From Raja brachyura (taxonomy: Eukaryota), in assembly GCA_963514005.1 (NCBI GenBank), contig OY740808.1, forward strand, positions 13,950,001 through 14,014,000: 64,000 nucleotides of DNA, in the 5' to 3' direction. The stretch's first letter is position 1; every line of letters starts with the position of its first letter. The notes below the pieces were generated by a model. It was not told the DNA's origin, did no database searches, and saw nothing but the letters and a program-made list of their open reading frames with translations. Both the position numbers and the translations under genes were made by a program. Shown in pieces: positions 1 through 11,633 of this stretch.

Positions 1-299
1 ATGCAAAACCATCTACAAGGAGACAAACATAACTTTTTTTTAAAAAGGATATTGGGATGAGGATAGGTGATTTTTGAGTGGGATATTTGTTTTACTGATT
101 GTAGTGGGAAGGGTGATTATAGGGTGAGGGGTTGTATATATGACTAAGAGATACTGTATAGTATATGAGGGTTTTTTCCTTTCTTTTTTATTTTTCTCTC
201 TCCTTTTTTGTATGGCTTTGTAAACATTTGTGCATAAATGTAAATCATTTGGTGTACATATGGTGTACATATAGCTGCTAAATTTGTATCAGATAATTA

Positions 300-487
300 T
301 AAGCAGTTGCATAAGGGGTGGGAATTAATAAGCTTCGGCTTCTTCCTGCTCCTTTTCAGACACATACGATTTCATTTATTTATAGATATTGTTTATGACA
401 CTTCATAAATATTCTTGTTTTGTTTTTTGCATGCTGTTTCACACTTGCTTTTTATTCTGTTTTAAATGAAGAATTAAATAAAAATAA
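300..487 (+). mobile_element. Probable non-LTR retroelement 3' tail (unclassified)
   Basis: ggggtgggaattaataagcttcggcttcttcctgctccttttc followed by an A-rich end, resembling fish LINE 3' UTRs. Confidence 0.35.
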
Positions 488-960
488 CAGGCTGCAGAAA
501 GTAGTGGACCCAGCCCAGTTTATCATAGGCACAACCGTCGCCTCTGTCGAAAGCATCTACACAAGACACTCTCAGGAAAACAACATTTATGCTGACCCAA
601 AATGTCGCCTATCCATGTCCTCCAAAAATGTTGCCTGACCTGCTGAGTTACTCCAGCAATTTATGTTTTACTCAAGATTTCAGCATCTGCAGTTCCTTGT
701 GTCTCCATGCCCACTGCCAATATCGGGCAGGAGATACAGAAGTCCAAAATACCACTTCAAGAGGTTCAGGAACAGCTACTTTCCTATAACTCGTAAGGTT
801 GTTGAAGCAACCTGGTCAATCTTAATACTATCTCGACAAAGGAATAATATTGTCCACTTACTACACTACTGTGGACTTGATTTTTTTAATTATGTTTTTA
901 TTAAGGACTTGTTTCATTGCAGTCTTCTTTCTTTTAGAAATTGTATGTGTAATTTGTGGA
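488..960 (+). mobile_element. Rex1/Babar-like LINE 3' fragment interrupted by a Penelope-derived tail (about 592-700)
   Basis: Translates to LQKVVDPAQFIIG...SIYTR and SGRRYRS...RFRNSYFP, typical of the Rex1 RT C-terminus. The insert carries tgcctgacctgctgagttactccagca. Confidence 0.65.
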
Positions 961-984
961 CTTGCAGGTAGTGAGGATAGAGCA

Positions 985-1212
985 AAATTTAGATCAGTTA
1001 CAGATATGAGCAGATAGAGTTTAATTTGAATCAGTGTGAAGTGCTGCGCTTTACGAAGTCGAATACAAGGGGAAAGTAATGGTAAGACCCTTAATAGCAT
1101 AGATGTACATAGAGATTTTGGGGTACAAATCCATAACTCTCTGAAAGCTGCAACACAAGTGGATAGAGTTGTAAAGAAGGTGGATAGTATGCTTGCCTTA
1201 ATCGGTCAGGGC
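985..1212 (+). mobile_element. CR1 LINE RT fragment
   Basis: RDFGVQIHNSLKAATQVDRVVKK in ORF 1036..1302, a typical CR1 RT C-terminal region. Confidence 0.8.
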
Positions 1213-1570
1213 AAGTTATCCAAAATCCCTCGATGCATTTTATATATAATTAATTATTTCAGAACAGTGATGACCAACCTATTAAACAAATATGTTGTTT
1301 AATCAATTGTAAAAAAGCAGCAATTATTACCCAGTCCTAATTGCCATTTGGGAAACATATGGCAAGATATTTTCCTGACCTACTGCAGTCTTTCTAATGA
1401 AGTTCTCTCATATCATTGTTCGGCTGGGAATTTCCAGTTTTAGTCCCTGCCATGATGAAAGAAGTGTAATACTGTTCTATTATATATTAATTAACAGGAA
1501 TTGATTGTCAACTGCTCCATTATTTGGTTGTGTAATTACCAGAATAGTAGAAAGCATACTACATAGATCT

Positions 1571-1700
1571 AGACACAAAATGCTGAAATAACTCAGCAGG
1601 ACAGGCATCTCTGGAGCAAAGGAATGCTGCCTGTCCTGCTGAGTTACTCCAGCATTTTGTGTCTATCTTCGATTTAAACCAGCATCTGCAGCTCCTTACT
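1571..1700. mobile_element. Palindromic Penelope-derived mini-element
   Basis: agacacaaaatgctgaaataactcagcaggacaggca is inverted with tgcctgtcctgctgagttactccagcattttgtgtct. Sequence is shared with the 3' UTR of the Penelope element at 30088-31150. Confidence 0.75.
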
Positions 1701-2562
1701 ACATATCTATAGATCTAGATGCAATGTGTACTCTATCTAATTCTATGCCCCTACAAATTTTGTGGATCCACTTTCTACAGAGGTTACCTGAACGTTTACA
1801 GGATTTTCTGTTCTATGTTTTTTTGCTTGCAATTCTGATATCTCTTATTTTGAGGATATTTTATCACCATTTTACACTGATACACATACTGGATTTGTTG
1901 CAACTGATTCCATATAAATTAATTAATATGGTAATTTAGTCAACTCCAACACCAATGAAATAAAATGGAACACAATTCATGAGATTCAGAGCTACAAATC
2001 ACATTGATCAACCATTTGATTCTTAATAATTTTGACTGCAGAACCTAACATGTGCATTTTCAGTCAGTCTTTACAGTATTTACAATGAAATGAAAAAGTC
2101 AATGATCAATGCCGTTTTCATAAAAGAGTTTTCCCTGCTTGACGAAAGGCATTAGTATCCTTGTAGAAAGATAAACATATATTAGAAGATACAGATGTCA
2201 CTTTAACCTTAAAGATGGGCAAATGCAGAATGACATTTCTGTCAGGTTTGAGAAGATGTGAAGTGTTAGAAGTGTCACATTTTAGCAATAGTTGCACAAT
2301 ATATAAATTAGAGTGGACAGACCGCCACTTGGGAGCATCACATCTCTGCACTGTGACAGTTGCTAATAAAGTCAATGACACTTAACAGATCTGTTCACTA
2401 GGTCAGAAATATTCTCCGTAGGTTCTTTGCTATATACCAAAATAAAAAAGTTACCTGCAGTGAAACCTTCTGAAAGGCTTTTAGCCATTAAAATACAGTA
2501 AAACTCTGATAAATGGCATATTTGAGACTTTGGTGGTGCCGCTTTTGGCAAAATTTGCAGGC

Positions 2563-2855
2563 TTTAGTTTAGTTTAGAGATACAGCGCAGAAACAGGCCC
2601 TTCTGCCGACCGAGTCTGCGCTGACCAGTGATCCCCGCACACTGACACTATCCTATACACACTAGGGACAATTTACAATTTTACCGAACCCAATTAACCT
2701 ACCAACCTGCAAGTCTTTGGAGTGTGGGAGTAAACCGGAGCACCTGCAGAAAGCCCAAGGGAGAACGTACAAACTTCGTACAGCCAGCACACATGGTCAG
2801 GATTGAGCCAGAGCCCCAGGCGCTGAAACACATCAACTCTACCACTGCGCCACCC
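2563..2855 (-). mobile_element. tRNA-derived V-SINE (HE1-like)
   Basis: The minus strand starts gggtggcgcagtggtagag (A-box), has a V-domain-like core (gctccggtttactcccacactccaaagac), and ends in a CR1-like tail with (CTAAA)n. Confidence 0.85.
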
Positions 2856-3739
2856 TTTTGGATTGTTAGATTTGAAACATTGATGTTATTTCTATTAACA
2901 CCTCCACATTCTTCTTTTAATTCACTTATTTTTAGATCATGCACACCATGATAACACATTTTTCAGTGAACCAGGTAGGTTGGAAAACCAATACAGAATC
3001 TGGGGTGCAGACAAGTAGGAAGGAAGTGCGGGATCCATGGCCCTGGTGTTTTGGAGGATCCACGAGATCTGGAGCCTGATGCATTAAAAGCAGCATGGGT
3101 ACTGGATAATAGAGGGAGTTTGGGAAGTTAGGCTTCAGAAGGTTGAAAAGGAGGGAGCAATTATCACATGGTGATCCAGATCAGATGGCAGATTATCACA
3201 GTTTTATTGTAGTGATATCATAGATTAAAAAAAAAACACTATACAATACAAAGCATTTAACACAACACTACTGAAAACTAAATAATTGTGAACACAATAT
3301 TAGATATATATCATGAGCACAATGCTTGGACACCTTTGTATTTGGGTGACCCTGAAACTGGGATTACTGTATAGCAATTTAAGCAGATTCACTCACTGCA
3401 GCCCCAGTGTTGTGTAGTCAAGGTAGCTGTGGGAATCAATTTTTGTATCCATCCTGTAGTTTATCCATAACTTTCAATCTTAAAATCATTTTACAGCATT
3501 TATCAGGTGCCCTCTGAGAGCTCATATCACATCAACTACATTTTCTTCATCAATTTCTGTTCTGTTTTAATCAAAAACTTTATCGCTCTGGCAGAAAGAT
3601 AATGAAAAATCCTAAACGATTATTCAGGTATACAAAGAGCAAGAGAGAGAAAAGGCCTCTTTAAGGACCAATACAATTTTCTGTGTGCCGAGCCATAGCA
3701 GATGGGCCCGGTATAAATGAATACTTCTGTATTTATTGA

Positions 3740-4965
3740 AGAGAAGATCATGGAAGCAAAAGAACCGAGAGAAATGAGTAGTGGTGCATTGGACCATATC
3801 GAATTGCAAAAGGGGAGGTGCTAGCAGTCTTAAAGAATGTTAAGGTGGATAAATCCCCAGGCTCCGACCACTGTATCCTTGAACATTATGGGAAGCTAGA
3901 AAATAAATTGCTGGGCACAAGTATTTTTAGCCATGGGCAAGGTACCGGATGACTAGAGGGTGGCTATTTTTTTTAAGAAGAGCTGCTAGGGAACTAAAGG
4001 CCAGTGAGTCTGACATCAGTGAGTGGGTAATTTACGAGAGGGATTCTGAGGGACAGGATTTATCAGCATTTTAATAGACAAGTGCTGATTTAGGATCGTC
4101 AGTATGACTTTGTGCATGGCTAGTCCTGTTTCTCAAATTTGTTAAGAGTCATTTTTTGAAGAGGTCACTAACAGGATTGACAATGGCAGGGCAATGGATG
4201 GTATCTATATTGAACGAAAAAAAGAGCAGCTGGAAGAACAGTGGTGAGCAGCATCTGTGGAGGGTAATGGACAGTCAACATTTTGAGTCAAGACCCTTCA
4301 TATAGATTTGTTGTCTACATAGACCTCAGCACGGACATCAACAAAGTCCTGCATGATGGGTTGTCAGGAAGGTTAGATAACATGGAATAAACAGTGAGCT
4401 AGCCAACTGGATTCAAAATTGATTCGGTGAAAGGAGTCAGAGGTGGCCGTGGAGGGCTGTTTATCTGTTTGGAGGCATGTGACCAAGGTTGGCCCAGGAA
4501 CCTGTGCTAGGTCCATTGATGTTTGTCATCTACATTAACAACTTGGTTGACTATGTAACTAGTAACTGTGCAGATCACATAAAAATTGGTGGTGCAGTCG
4601 ACGTAAGGAAGTGCAAAGTTTACAAAAAGCAGGTCTGAAGGGTATAAGATAAAATCATGAGAGGCAGAAATAGGGTCAGTCTTTTTTCCAGAGTGGACAT
4701 CCAACACTAGAGGGTATAGTTTTAAAGTGAGAGAGGAAAGATTTAAAAGAGACACGAGGGGCAATTTATTCACACAGAGGGTGGTGCTGGAAGAAGCTAC
4801 GGAGGTGGGTAAAATGGCATTTTAAAAAACACATTTAGTCAGGTACATGGATAGAAAAGGCTTGGAGGAATATGGGCCAAACGTGGACAAACAAGACGTG
4901 CTCAGTTCCAAAAACCTGGTCAGCATGGACAAGTTGGGGCAAAGGGCCTATTTCTATGCTCTTTA
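3740..4965 (+). mobile_element. Degenerate CR1 LINE ORF2 and 3' UTR, with a short Penelope-derived insert at about 4215-4300
   Basis: Remnants of the KSPG, DWRVAN, PVSLTSV and QGSVLGP motifs. The 3' end (gggcaaagggcctatttctatgct) is shared with the SINE tails. Confidence 0.8.
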
Positions 4966-5703
4966 CCAGTTGCATGTGGGTTTCCTCCAATTAATCTTCA
5001 ATTGGCCAAGTGAATTCTAACTCAGTTCCTGCTTATGGTTTCCAGAAATTGCCCCATCACTGAGGTTGAATTGCCTGGTCCTGGGCATGATGGAAATCTG
5101 AAACAAAACTAAACAAAAATGTTAAGAACGTTCAGCAGGCCAATCACCATGGGTGGCGAGGGAAACAGAGATGATACTTCATATCAGGGAGCCTTCATCA
5201 AAATATGATCATCAGAGGGTCAGGAAACATCAATGTGTGGAATAGGCATTGTGAGACAAACAAAATATCATTGAATAATTTGCAATGTTTCACACATGAT
5301 CTTGGCCATCTATCACCTTTATCCAAATTGACCCCACTTGGCAAGTCCTGGACTCAGAACAGCTCCAATGCAATCCAAAAGCAGATCTTCGTGTTTAAAT
5401 ATCTTAACACTTTGAACCACCCTAATTCTGGAACCACTCTCAGGTCCGCAGCCTCCCACCCGACCATGCCCCTACTTTCATTTTCCGCCTCTGACCGTTC
5501 GCCCACCTCACCCAGGTCTGTCCTTCAACAGCCTCCGTTTCCTTTAAGTCCATGGATATCCTTTAGTTTGTATCTCCGAGAGTGCATTGAACGCCACAGT
5601 ACTTTTAAATTCGCCACACAAAAACAGATGTGCTGTTGACGACGGGCAATTATTTAACGGTGGCGAATAAATAATTGGCCGCCGGGAGGACTAGGCCTCT
5701 GCG

Positions 5704-5717
5704 GTTGCTATGGTAAC
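5704..5717. promoter_or_regulatory. RFX X-box
   Basis: GTTGCTATGGTAAC matches the palindromic X-box GTTGCCATGGCAAC at 12/14 and lies about 125 nt upstream of the ATG of a motile-cilia gene. Confidence 0.85.
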
Positions 5718-5841
5718 AGAATCAAGCGACGAGCGCTTCCAAACGGCCGCCGCTCCAACACCTCCACTCGCGACCCGCTGTCTTGAGTTAGTTAACGCCG
5801 AAAGTCGTTTAATTTAATTTAATCTCCGTGCCAGTAAGAAC

Positions 5842-6040
5842 ATGGCTCACACGAGAATTTCTGACAAACTACCTCCGCATATCGACCCGACCCAAGCACC
5901 AATCGCTTTCGGGGAGAGAGCTGTGCCCAAACTCAGCCGGGAGCTGGTCGATCTTGATCTCATCACCAGGCAGCGAGCGCTTATGGCCCTCTGTGACCTC
6001 GTCCACGACCCCGAGTTAGCTTATACGGCCGTGAAGGTCG
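5842..6040 (+). CDS. RSPH14: Radial spoke head 14 homolog (RTDR1), coding exon 1
   Basis: ATG at 5842 gives MAHTRISDKLPPHIDPTQAPIAFGERAVPKLSRELVDLDLITRQRALMALCDLVHDPELAYTAVKV(G), recognisable as the RSPH14 N-terminus. Ends at donor G|GTAAGT (intron starts 6041). 199 nt, phase 1. Confidence 0.95.
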
Positions 6041-6380
6041 GTAAGTGCGTCGCCAAGACCCCCCCCCCCCCCCCCCCCCCAGCCCACCCACAATGTGTTC
6101 ACCAGTGAAGATATCAAATTAAAAGAAAGTCGAGGTGGCGGAGTTGGGGGTTCGAACCATGTTCATGTTGGCCTTCCAATATTTCCCACCAAGTGTGGAA
6201 GGGAATGCAAGGGAATCCCGTTGTTAATGGTGTAATAAATTGCATAGAAACTTACTAAGGCATGTATAAACCCCCAAAAAAAGACTAGCGTGAGATGTAA
6301 ATAAGGAAGACGGGAAAATTAAGGCCAATTCTCATGATTGTCATAATGCAAACTTTGGATCATGGTAAGGAATTAATGGA

Positions 6381-6546
6381 TTAGAAACATAGAAAATAGG
6401 TACAGGAGGAGGCCATTCGGCCCTTCGAGCCAGCACCATCATTCATTGTGATCATGGCTGATCCTCCCCAATCAATAACCCGTGCCTGCCTTCTCCCCAT
6501 ATCACTTGACTCCACTAGCCCCTGGAGCTCTATCTAACTCTCTCTT
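6381..6546 (-). mobile_element. CR1 LINE 3' end
   Basis: (tagaaaca)n tail and ggccattcggcccttcgagccagcacc hairpin. Same family as 53490-53668 and 60655-60777. Confidence 0.8.
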
Positions 6547-6768
6547 CAGTTCAAGTAGGATTATGAAAACTTATTTGGCCTGTGAGTGACCAAGAACAAT
6601 ATGTGACTTAATTTGATCTGGGTTGGCCAGAAATTTATGCTACATGTGAATTGACAACACTGATTGTTAAACATATGCTGGAAATGCCTCTTTTGCACAG
6701 GCATGACTTTCCCTGGGAAGTGCCCCATTGAATTGTTAGGAATAAAACAACATGGATAGGGTCATTAT

Positions 6769-6979
6769 GTTTAAGAGGGAACTACAGATGCTGGGAAATC
6801 GAACATTGACAAAAATGCTGGAGAAACTCAGCGGGTGAGGCAGCAACTATGGAACGAAGGAAATAGGCAATGTTTCGAGTCGAGACTGAAGCAGGGTCTC
6901 GAACCGAAATGTTGCCTATTTCCTTCGCTTCATAGATGCTGCCTCACCTGCTGAGTTTCTCCAGTGTTTTTGTCTGCCT
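6769..6979. mobile_element. Palindromic Penelope-derived mini-element with 16-bp TSD
   Basis: TGGATAGGGTCATTAT at 6753-6768 and 6980-6995. Inverted arms of about 75 bp flank a decayed hammerhead core. Confidence 0.88.
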
Positions 6980-7410
6980 TGGATAGGGTCATTATTACAC
7001 TTTACTCCAGGAAAATTCAATTGTCAAGTATGCTTTACTGAGAAAATATAAACATTAGGTGATCAAACTGTAAATGTTACAGAAGGAATTTTTCACTCAT
7101 TTCTAGTTTTTTTTTTCCAAAGCAGCTGAGCCTCTTCTGTCTAATTCATGAGAATAGTGAAGATTAAACTGAAAAATACTCCATTTATTTCACTTTCAGT
7201 TCGGAAACAACCATTGCAGCCCAATTGTTCATTCAATGTCATGTTTTATGGCTTTGTGTTATCCAAGTTGTGGGATTAATTCTGGATGTTCTTGCATCAT
7301 ATATGAAGGGGCTGCTTTAACATCTATAAATATGCTTTAATATCTTAATTTGATTTTATGGATTTCAATTTAGCTCGATGGCTAATGTTGGATATTTTTG
7401 CTTTCTCTAG

Positions 7411-7513
7411 GTTGTCTGCCGAACTTGAAACTCCTATTGAATGATGAAGATGCTACTGTCCGCCGGAAGACTACAGAAATTTTTTATATTTTGGCCACCC
7501 ATAGTATTGGGCG
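7411..7513 (+). CDS. RSPH14: RSPH14 coding exon 2
   Basis: Acceptor tttttgctttctctAG, donor CG|GTAAGA. In frame with exon 1: (G)CLPNLKLLLNDEDATVRRKTTEIFYILATHSIG(R), an ARM/HEAT-like repeat. 103 nt, cumulative 302. Confidence 0.93.
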
Positions 7514-8344
7514 GTAAGAGGAACTAATTTTAAAGCAGCTCAGAGTCTCTTGATGAAAATGGATGACAGATGGAAATTAGACATGTGGGATTTTGTTGGG
7601 CTGTGCAAGGGACCAATGGATAGCAGGATGTCATGTGGATTAATATTCTGATGTAAAGCTTGTAAACTAACATAATGGTAAAAATCTATACAGTTAATAT
7701 TTGATGGAAGATTATGATGATAAGCAGAATTAATAGTTGCATAGTAATTGTGGATTGTAGTGACCACAATCATTTAGGGATATTCCAATTTAACCCTGGC
7801 ATACGCTATCTTGTCTTGCACGCAGCCTTGTGTTAAAAATAAGGCACATTTCCATAAGTGAACCCAATGAGATGTAATAATGTGTTTAGAAAAGGTTGAC
7901 TTATGTGGAGGGTGACCACAGCTGGACTCCAATGTGCTCACTTTGTGGTTAGAATTATGCATGCTAGGTTACCTGTGAGTAGCCTACTCACTGATGTATA
8001 TGTCAGTGGCTATTTGCTGCTAGAAAATTTTTTTTTAAGTTGTATTTTGGATTGTAAATAACGAGTTTCCTAGTGGTCCTTCAGAGTTTACCTGGCCAAG
8101 TGCTAAAGAGCAGTGCAGACCATCTGACTGGGATATTCAAGAACATCATCATCTCTTGCTTCTGCAGTCCGAGGATCCTTCCTGCATCAAAAGGGCATCT
8201 AGTGTAATGGTGTGCAAGAAGTTCTTCAGAGAGTTTGATTACGGCATAAATCAACTCCTGATTTAGGATCCATTTCAGTTTACCTATTGCCACATCAGGT
8301 GACAGCAAATGCTATCTCACTGGCTCTCTTCTCTGCCCCGACCC

Positions 8345-9055
8345 ATCTGGATAGAAGGAAGACAGTCTCAGCCCTCCCTACCATTGAAAGCATCTATATG
8401 AAAAGGTATTTCAAGAAGGCAGCATTTATCATCAAGGATCCCCACCATCCAGATCATGCCCTCTTCTCGCTGCTACTGATGAGCAGGAGATACAGATGCC
8501 GATGTCCCACACCACCAGGTTCAAGGACAGCTACTTTCCAACAGCTATCAAGTTCCATCATGGTCCAAACCCGTGCCTCACCTTGACTCACACCTATTTC
8601 TTTCCTCCCTAACCCTTTCCATCTGCATTTCTTCCTCTGGCTTTGCAAGTCGCCCCTCTTCAATCTTTTTGTCTCCTTTGGTTCACCTATTATTTGCCAG
8701 GCTTTGTCCTGTCCCTCCTCTCTTCCAGCTTTCTCCCTCACACAATCAGTCTGAAGAAGGGTTCCAACACGAAAAGTCACTGAACCTTGTTCTCCAGGGA
8801 TGCTGCTTGACCCACTGAGTTATTTCAGCACTTTGTGTCTTTGTTTGTAAACCAGCATCTGCAGTTGTTTGTTTCTACACTATGGATTAACTCTTGCACA
8901 ACTATGGACTTGTTTTCTATTTGTGTATTTTTGCACTAATATCTTTTTTTTTTGCACAGTCTTATTCTTTTCAATGTATTGTAGAATTTCTGCCTATATT
9001 TTTCATTGTACCTGTACTTCACCGTACTTGATTATGTGGCAATAAACTCCACTTG
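8345..9055 (+). mobile_element. Rex1/Babar-like LINE 3' fragment with a Penelope 3' UTR insert (about 8570-8878)
   Basis: LPTIESIYMKRYFKKAAFIIKDPHHPDHALFSLL..RRYR in ORF 8287..8586. The tail ends gtggcaataaa. Confidence 0.75.
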
Positions 9056-9245
9056 ATGACTTTACTAGGATGCTGCTTGAATTAGACGGTGTTAGCTACA
9101 AGGAGAAGTTGGCCAAACTAGGATTGTTTTCTCTGGAGTTTTGAAGGCTGAGGGGAGATATTCTCACAAAATGTTTTTAAATTATGAGAAGCTTAGATAG
9201 TGTAGAAAACTTGAATATTTCTCTCCACAAGTACACAAGTGCCAG
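9056..9245 (+). mobile_element. CR1 LINE fragment
   Basis: tttactaggatgctg...agctacaaggagaagttggccaaactaggattgttttctctggag (SYxEKLxKLGLFSLE). Confidence 0.75.
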
Positions 9246-9294
9246 GCGTTTAAGAAGGAACTGCAGATACTGGAAAATCGAAGGTGAACAAAGG

Positions 9295-9534
9295 TGCAGA
9301 ATTCAGCAGTTTCTGGAAATCCAAAATAAAGAATTAATGCCGGAAATTCTCAGCAGGTCAAGTAGCATCTGTAAACAAATAAAATGCAATTGACTATCTT
9401 CAGTAAGTGAGAATCTGACCAATTATCCTTGCCATTCAATTGCATTTTATTTGTTTACAGATGCTACTTGACCTGCTGAGAATTTCCGGCATTAATTTTT
9501 TATTTTGGATTTCCAGAAACTGCTGAATTCTGCA
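9295..9534. repeat. 99-bp near-perfect inverted repeat with 42-nt spacer
   Basis: 9295-9393 is the reverse complement of 9436-9534, with one mismatch seen (aaataaagaatt vs aaataaaaaatt). Confidence 0.95.
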
Positions 9535-11514
9535 TCATACAGTCCTAACAATGTTTTCTCTCTGTACTGTGCTCATTTATTTCCGTCCTTTTGGAATTCT
9601 ACAGACAGCTCAGATAGAATTAGTGATTCATCTCCATCTCTTAGATAGCGCCATCAGCATCTCTGTCATCTAGACAATTCCAGTCTCTACGCTATCACAG
9701 ACATTTCCTATGTTCTCTTCACCATTTCTGCAACTTAAAACATACTTTTCTTCTTCTCAGTTTTCCAGTTCTGATAAAATGTCATATTCATTGAATGTAT
9801 AAAATGTTTCCCTTTGCCAAATAAAAGATGGTTCTCTTTGTGGCTTTTCATTCATTTGTGAAGTTACCTTTACCTAGCAAATACTAAAGCTTACCTTAAC
9901 ACTATAAAATCATAATTAATTTGGAGCCTAATAATGTTATACTGGCCACTAAGTTTTAATGAACAATTAAATAATGTTAACATCTCAGAAAGAATGTTGA
10001 GCTCAGTTTGAAAGCTACTTTTTAAAGGCATCCAATCCCACCTACTCTTCACTTCCCATCCCATCCCACCAGCATTGTTCCTATGAGTTCATATTTATTT
10101 CCCCCTGGTTTCAAGTCACAATGCAGCTTTCAGAAAGATTAGATGGAAAACCTTCAATGTTGAAAATGTTGCTCCACAATATTATAACTCTCCAAAGCTT
10201 GTACCAACATCTAGATAATTGTGCAACCTTTTCTGTAAATCAAATGCACACTGGATAAATTAATGCCATTTCATCTCTTATGCAGATTATCAGGAGCAAC
10301 CCCTTCTATGGTTTGGGACTACTGCAAAGCTGGGACTCTGCCTGGAAAGTCTATAGGTTACACATCAGTTTCTAATCTACACTTGTTTGATTGTATTCCC
10401 TGTAAAGATCTAGTTGGATATCTTAATAACGCGAATGCCACGGTACAATAGAGAAATTCCTCTACTATAGTAAAGATGCCAGAGAAATCCAATAAGAAAC
10501 ACCTTGCCTCACTGATCTGCTATTTGAATTCAGCAGACAAGGTTGAAATGAGCAGTAGCAGTAGTTAGTGGGAAGGAAATCAAGATCGGAGGCAGTGATC
10601 TCATGGTAGGCCTAATTATCCTCATCATCTATTGTTTTATGACTGTATTTTTGATATTGAAGGATATTATTCTGGCCTTAAATGTTTTCAATACTATATT
10701 TCATATTACACTTTTCTATGACACTAAAGAAAAGGAACATCAGCATAGGGCAGGCACGAAATTAACCATCTTGCCTTTCAGATACAAAAAAAAATAAAGA
10801 ATACATATCATTTTGCTAAGCAACTATGCTTATTATGATTAACAAGGGAATTTAGCTCTATCATTCTGCTAAATGTTTGTGAAACTATAATGAAAGCCAT
10901 GAAAAAGGATTCTGTTGTTCAAAGGATCATATTTATAAAATTGCTTGGTGTCTATTTTTGTGGTGAGCAATGAATTTTTATTTTAATCATGCATTAAAAA
11001 AAACAGATATGATGTATACAGCAGGTGCCATGTAATAGCATTGGATGCCACTGCTCTCATCTTGGTATTAAACCATCTGATACAATGAGAAAAACCATGG
11101 ACATTAAATCACACAGTTAAGTCTTTAATTTCATTCACTGCATCACACATGTAAATATCCTGTGTAGTTTTGCAAGCATGATAGCAGCATGATAATTACA
11201 TAATGCATTTAAACATTGCAATGCAGGTTTTGTCTACGTGCAAGATCAGGAATTTTAATGAAAATGCAATGAATGTTGGTGCATTTAATTTTTGTGTTGA
11301 GTTATTGATCATACAACTTCTTTAACTGCATAAACTGTTACTATTGATACACAAAAAACTTATTTACAATATTATTAAAGCTTAGCTTTAAGGTTAGCTA
11401 ATTGACAAAAAATGTTAACAACAAAATGTTAACAAAACAAAAGCCCACCTCATGCTAATATTATACATTTATTATGCAATATTTTTATTTTTACCATTTT
11501 CTATCTTCCTGAAG

Positions 11515-11633
11515 GTTTGCAATTATGGAATTTGAAGCAATTCCTCCACTTGCTGATCTGCTCAATGATCCTGTGGATATTTGTCGCAGAAACATGCACA
11601 TGGCTCTCGAGATGATCTCAGAGATTCCTTCAG
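11515..11633 (+). CDS. RSPH14: RSPH14 coding exon 3
   Basis: Acceptor ttttctatcttcctgaAG, donor CAG|GTAGGA. In frame: (R)FAIMEFEAIPPLADLLNDPVDICRRNMHMALEMISEIPS(G). 119 nt, cumulative 421. No later RSPH14 exon was recognised in the window. Confidence 0.92.

Larger units (their letters stand above)
5440..6160. promoter_or_regulatory. CpG-island-like promoter of RSPH14, possibly bidirectional
   Basis: Local CpG/GC enrichment in non-repeat sequence around the RSPH14 start codon, against a CpG-poor, AT-rich background. Confidence 0.75.

Noticed and set aside
2118-2490. Minus-strand ORF and possible exons as RAB36 coding sequence
   Set aside because: No small-GTPase motifs or RAB34/36-like N-terminus. 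Splicing from the 3397 donor to the acceptor near 2430 stops after about 20 codons.
2563-2855. tRNA genes at the SINE heads (also 35253 and 44121)
   Set aside because: A/B-box-like heads run into SINE core and CR1 tail, and no cloverleaf can be formed.
6041-6108. Proline-rich C-terminal part of ORF 5842..6108
   Set aside because: Lies beyond the GTAAGT donor. The prolines come from a poly-C run in the intron.
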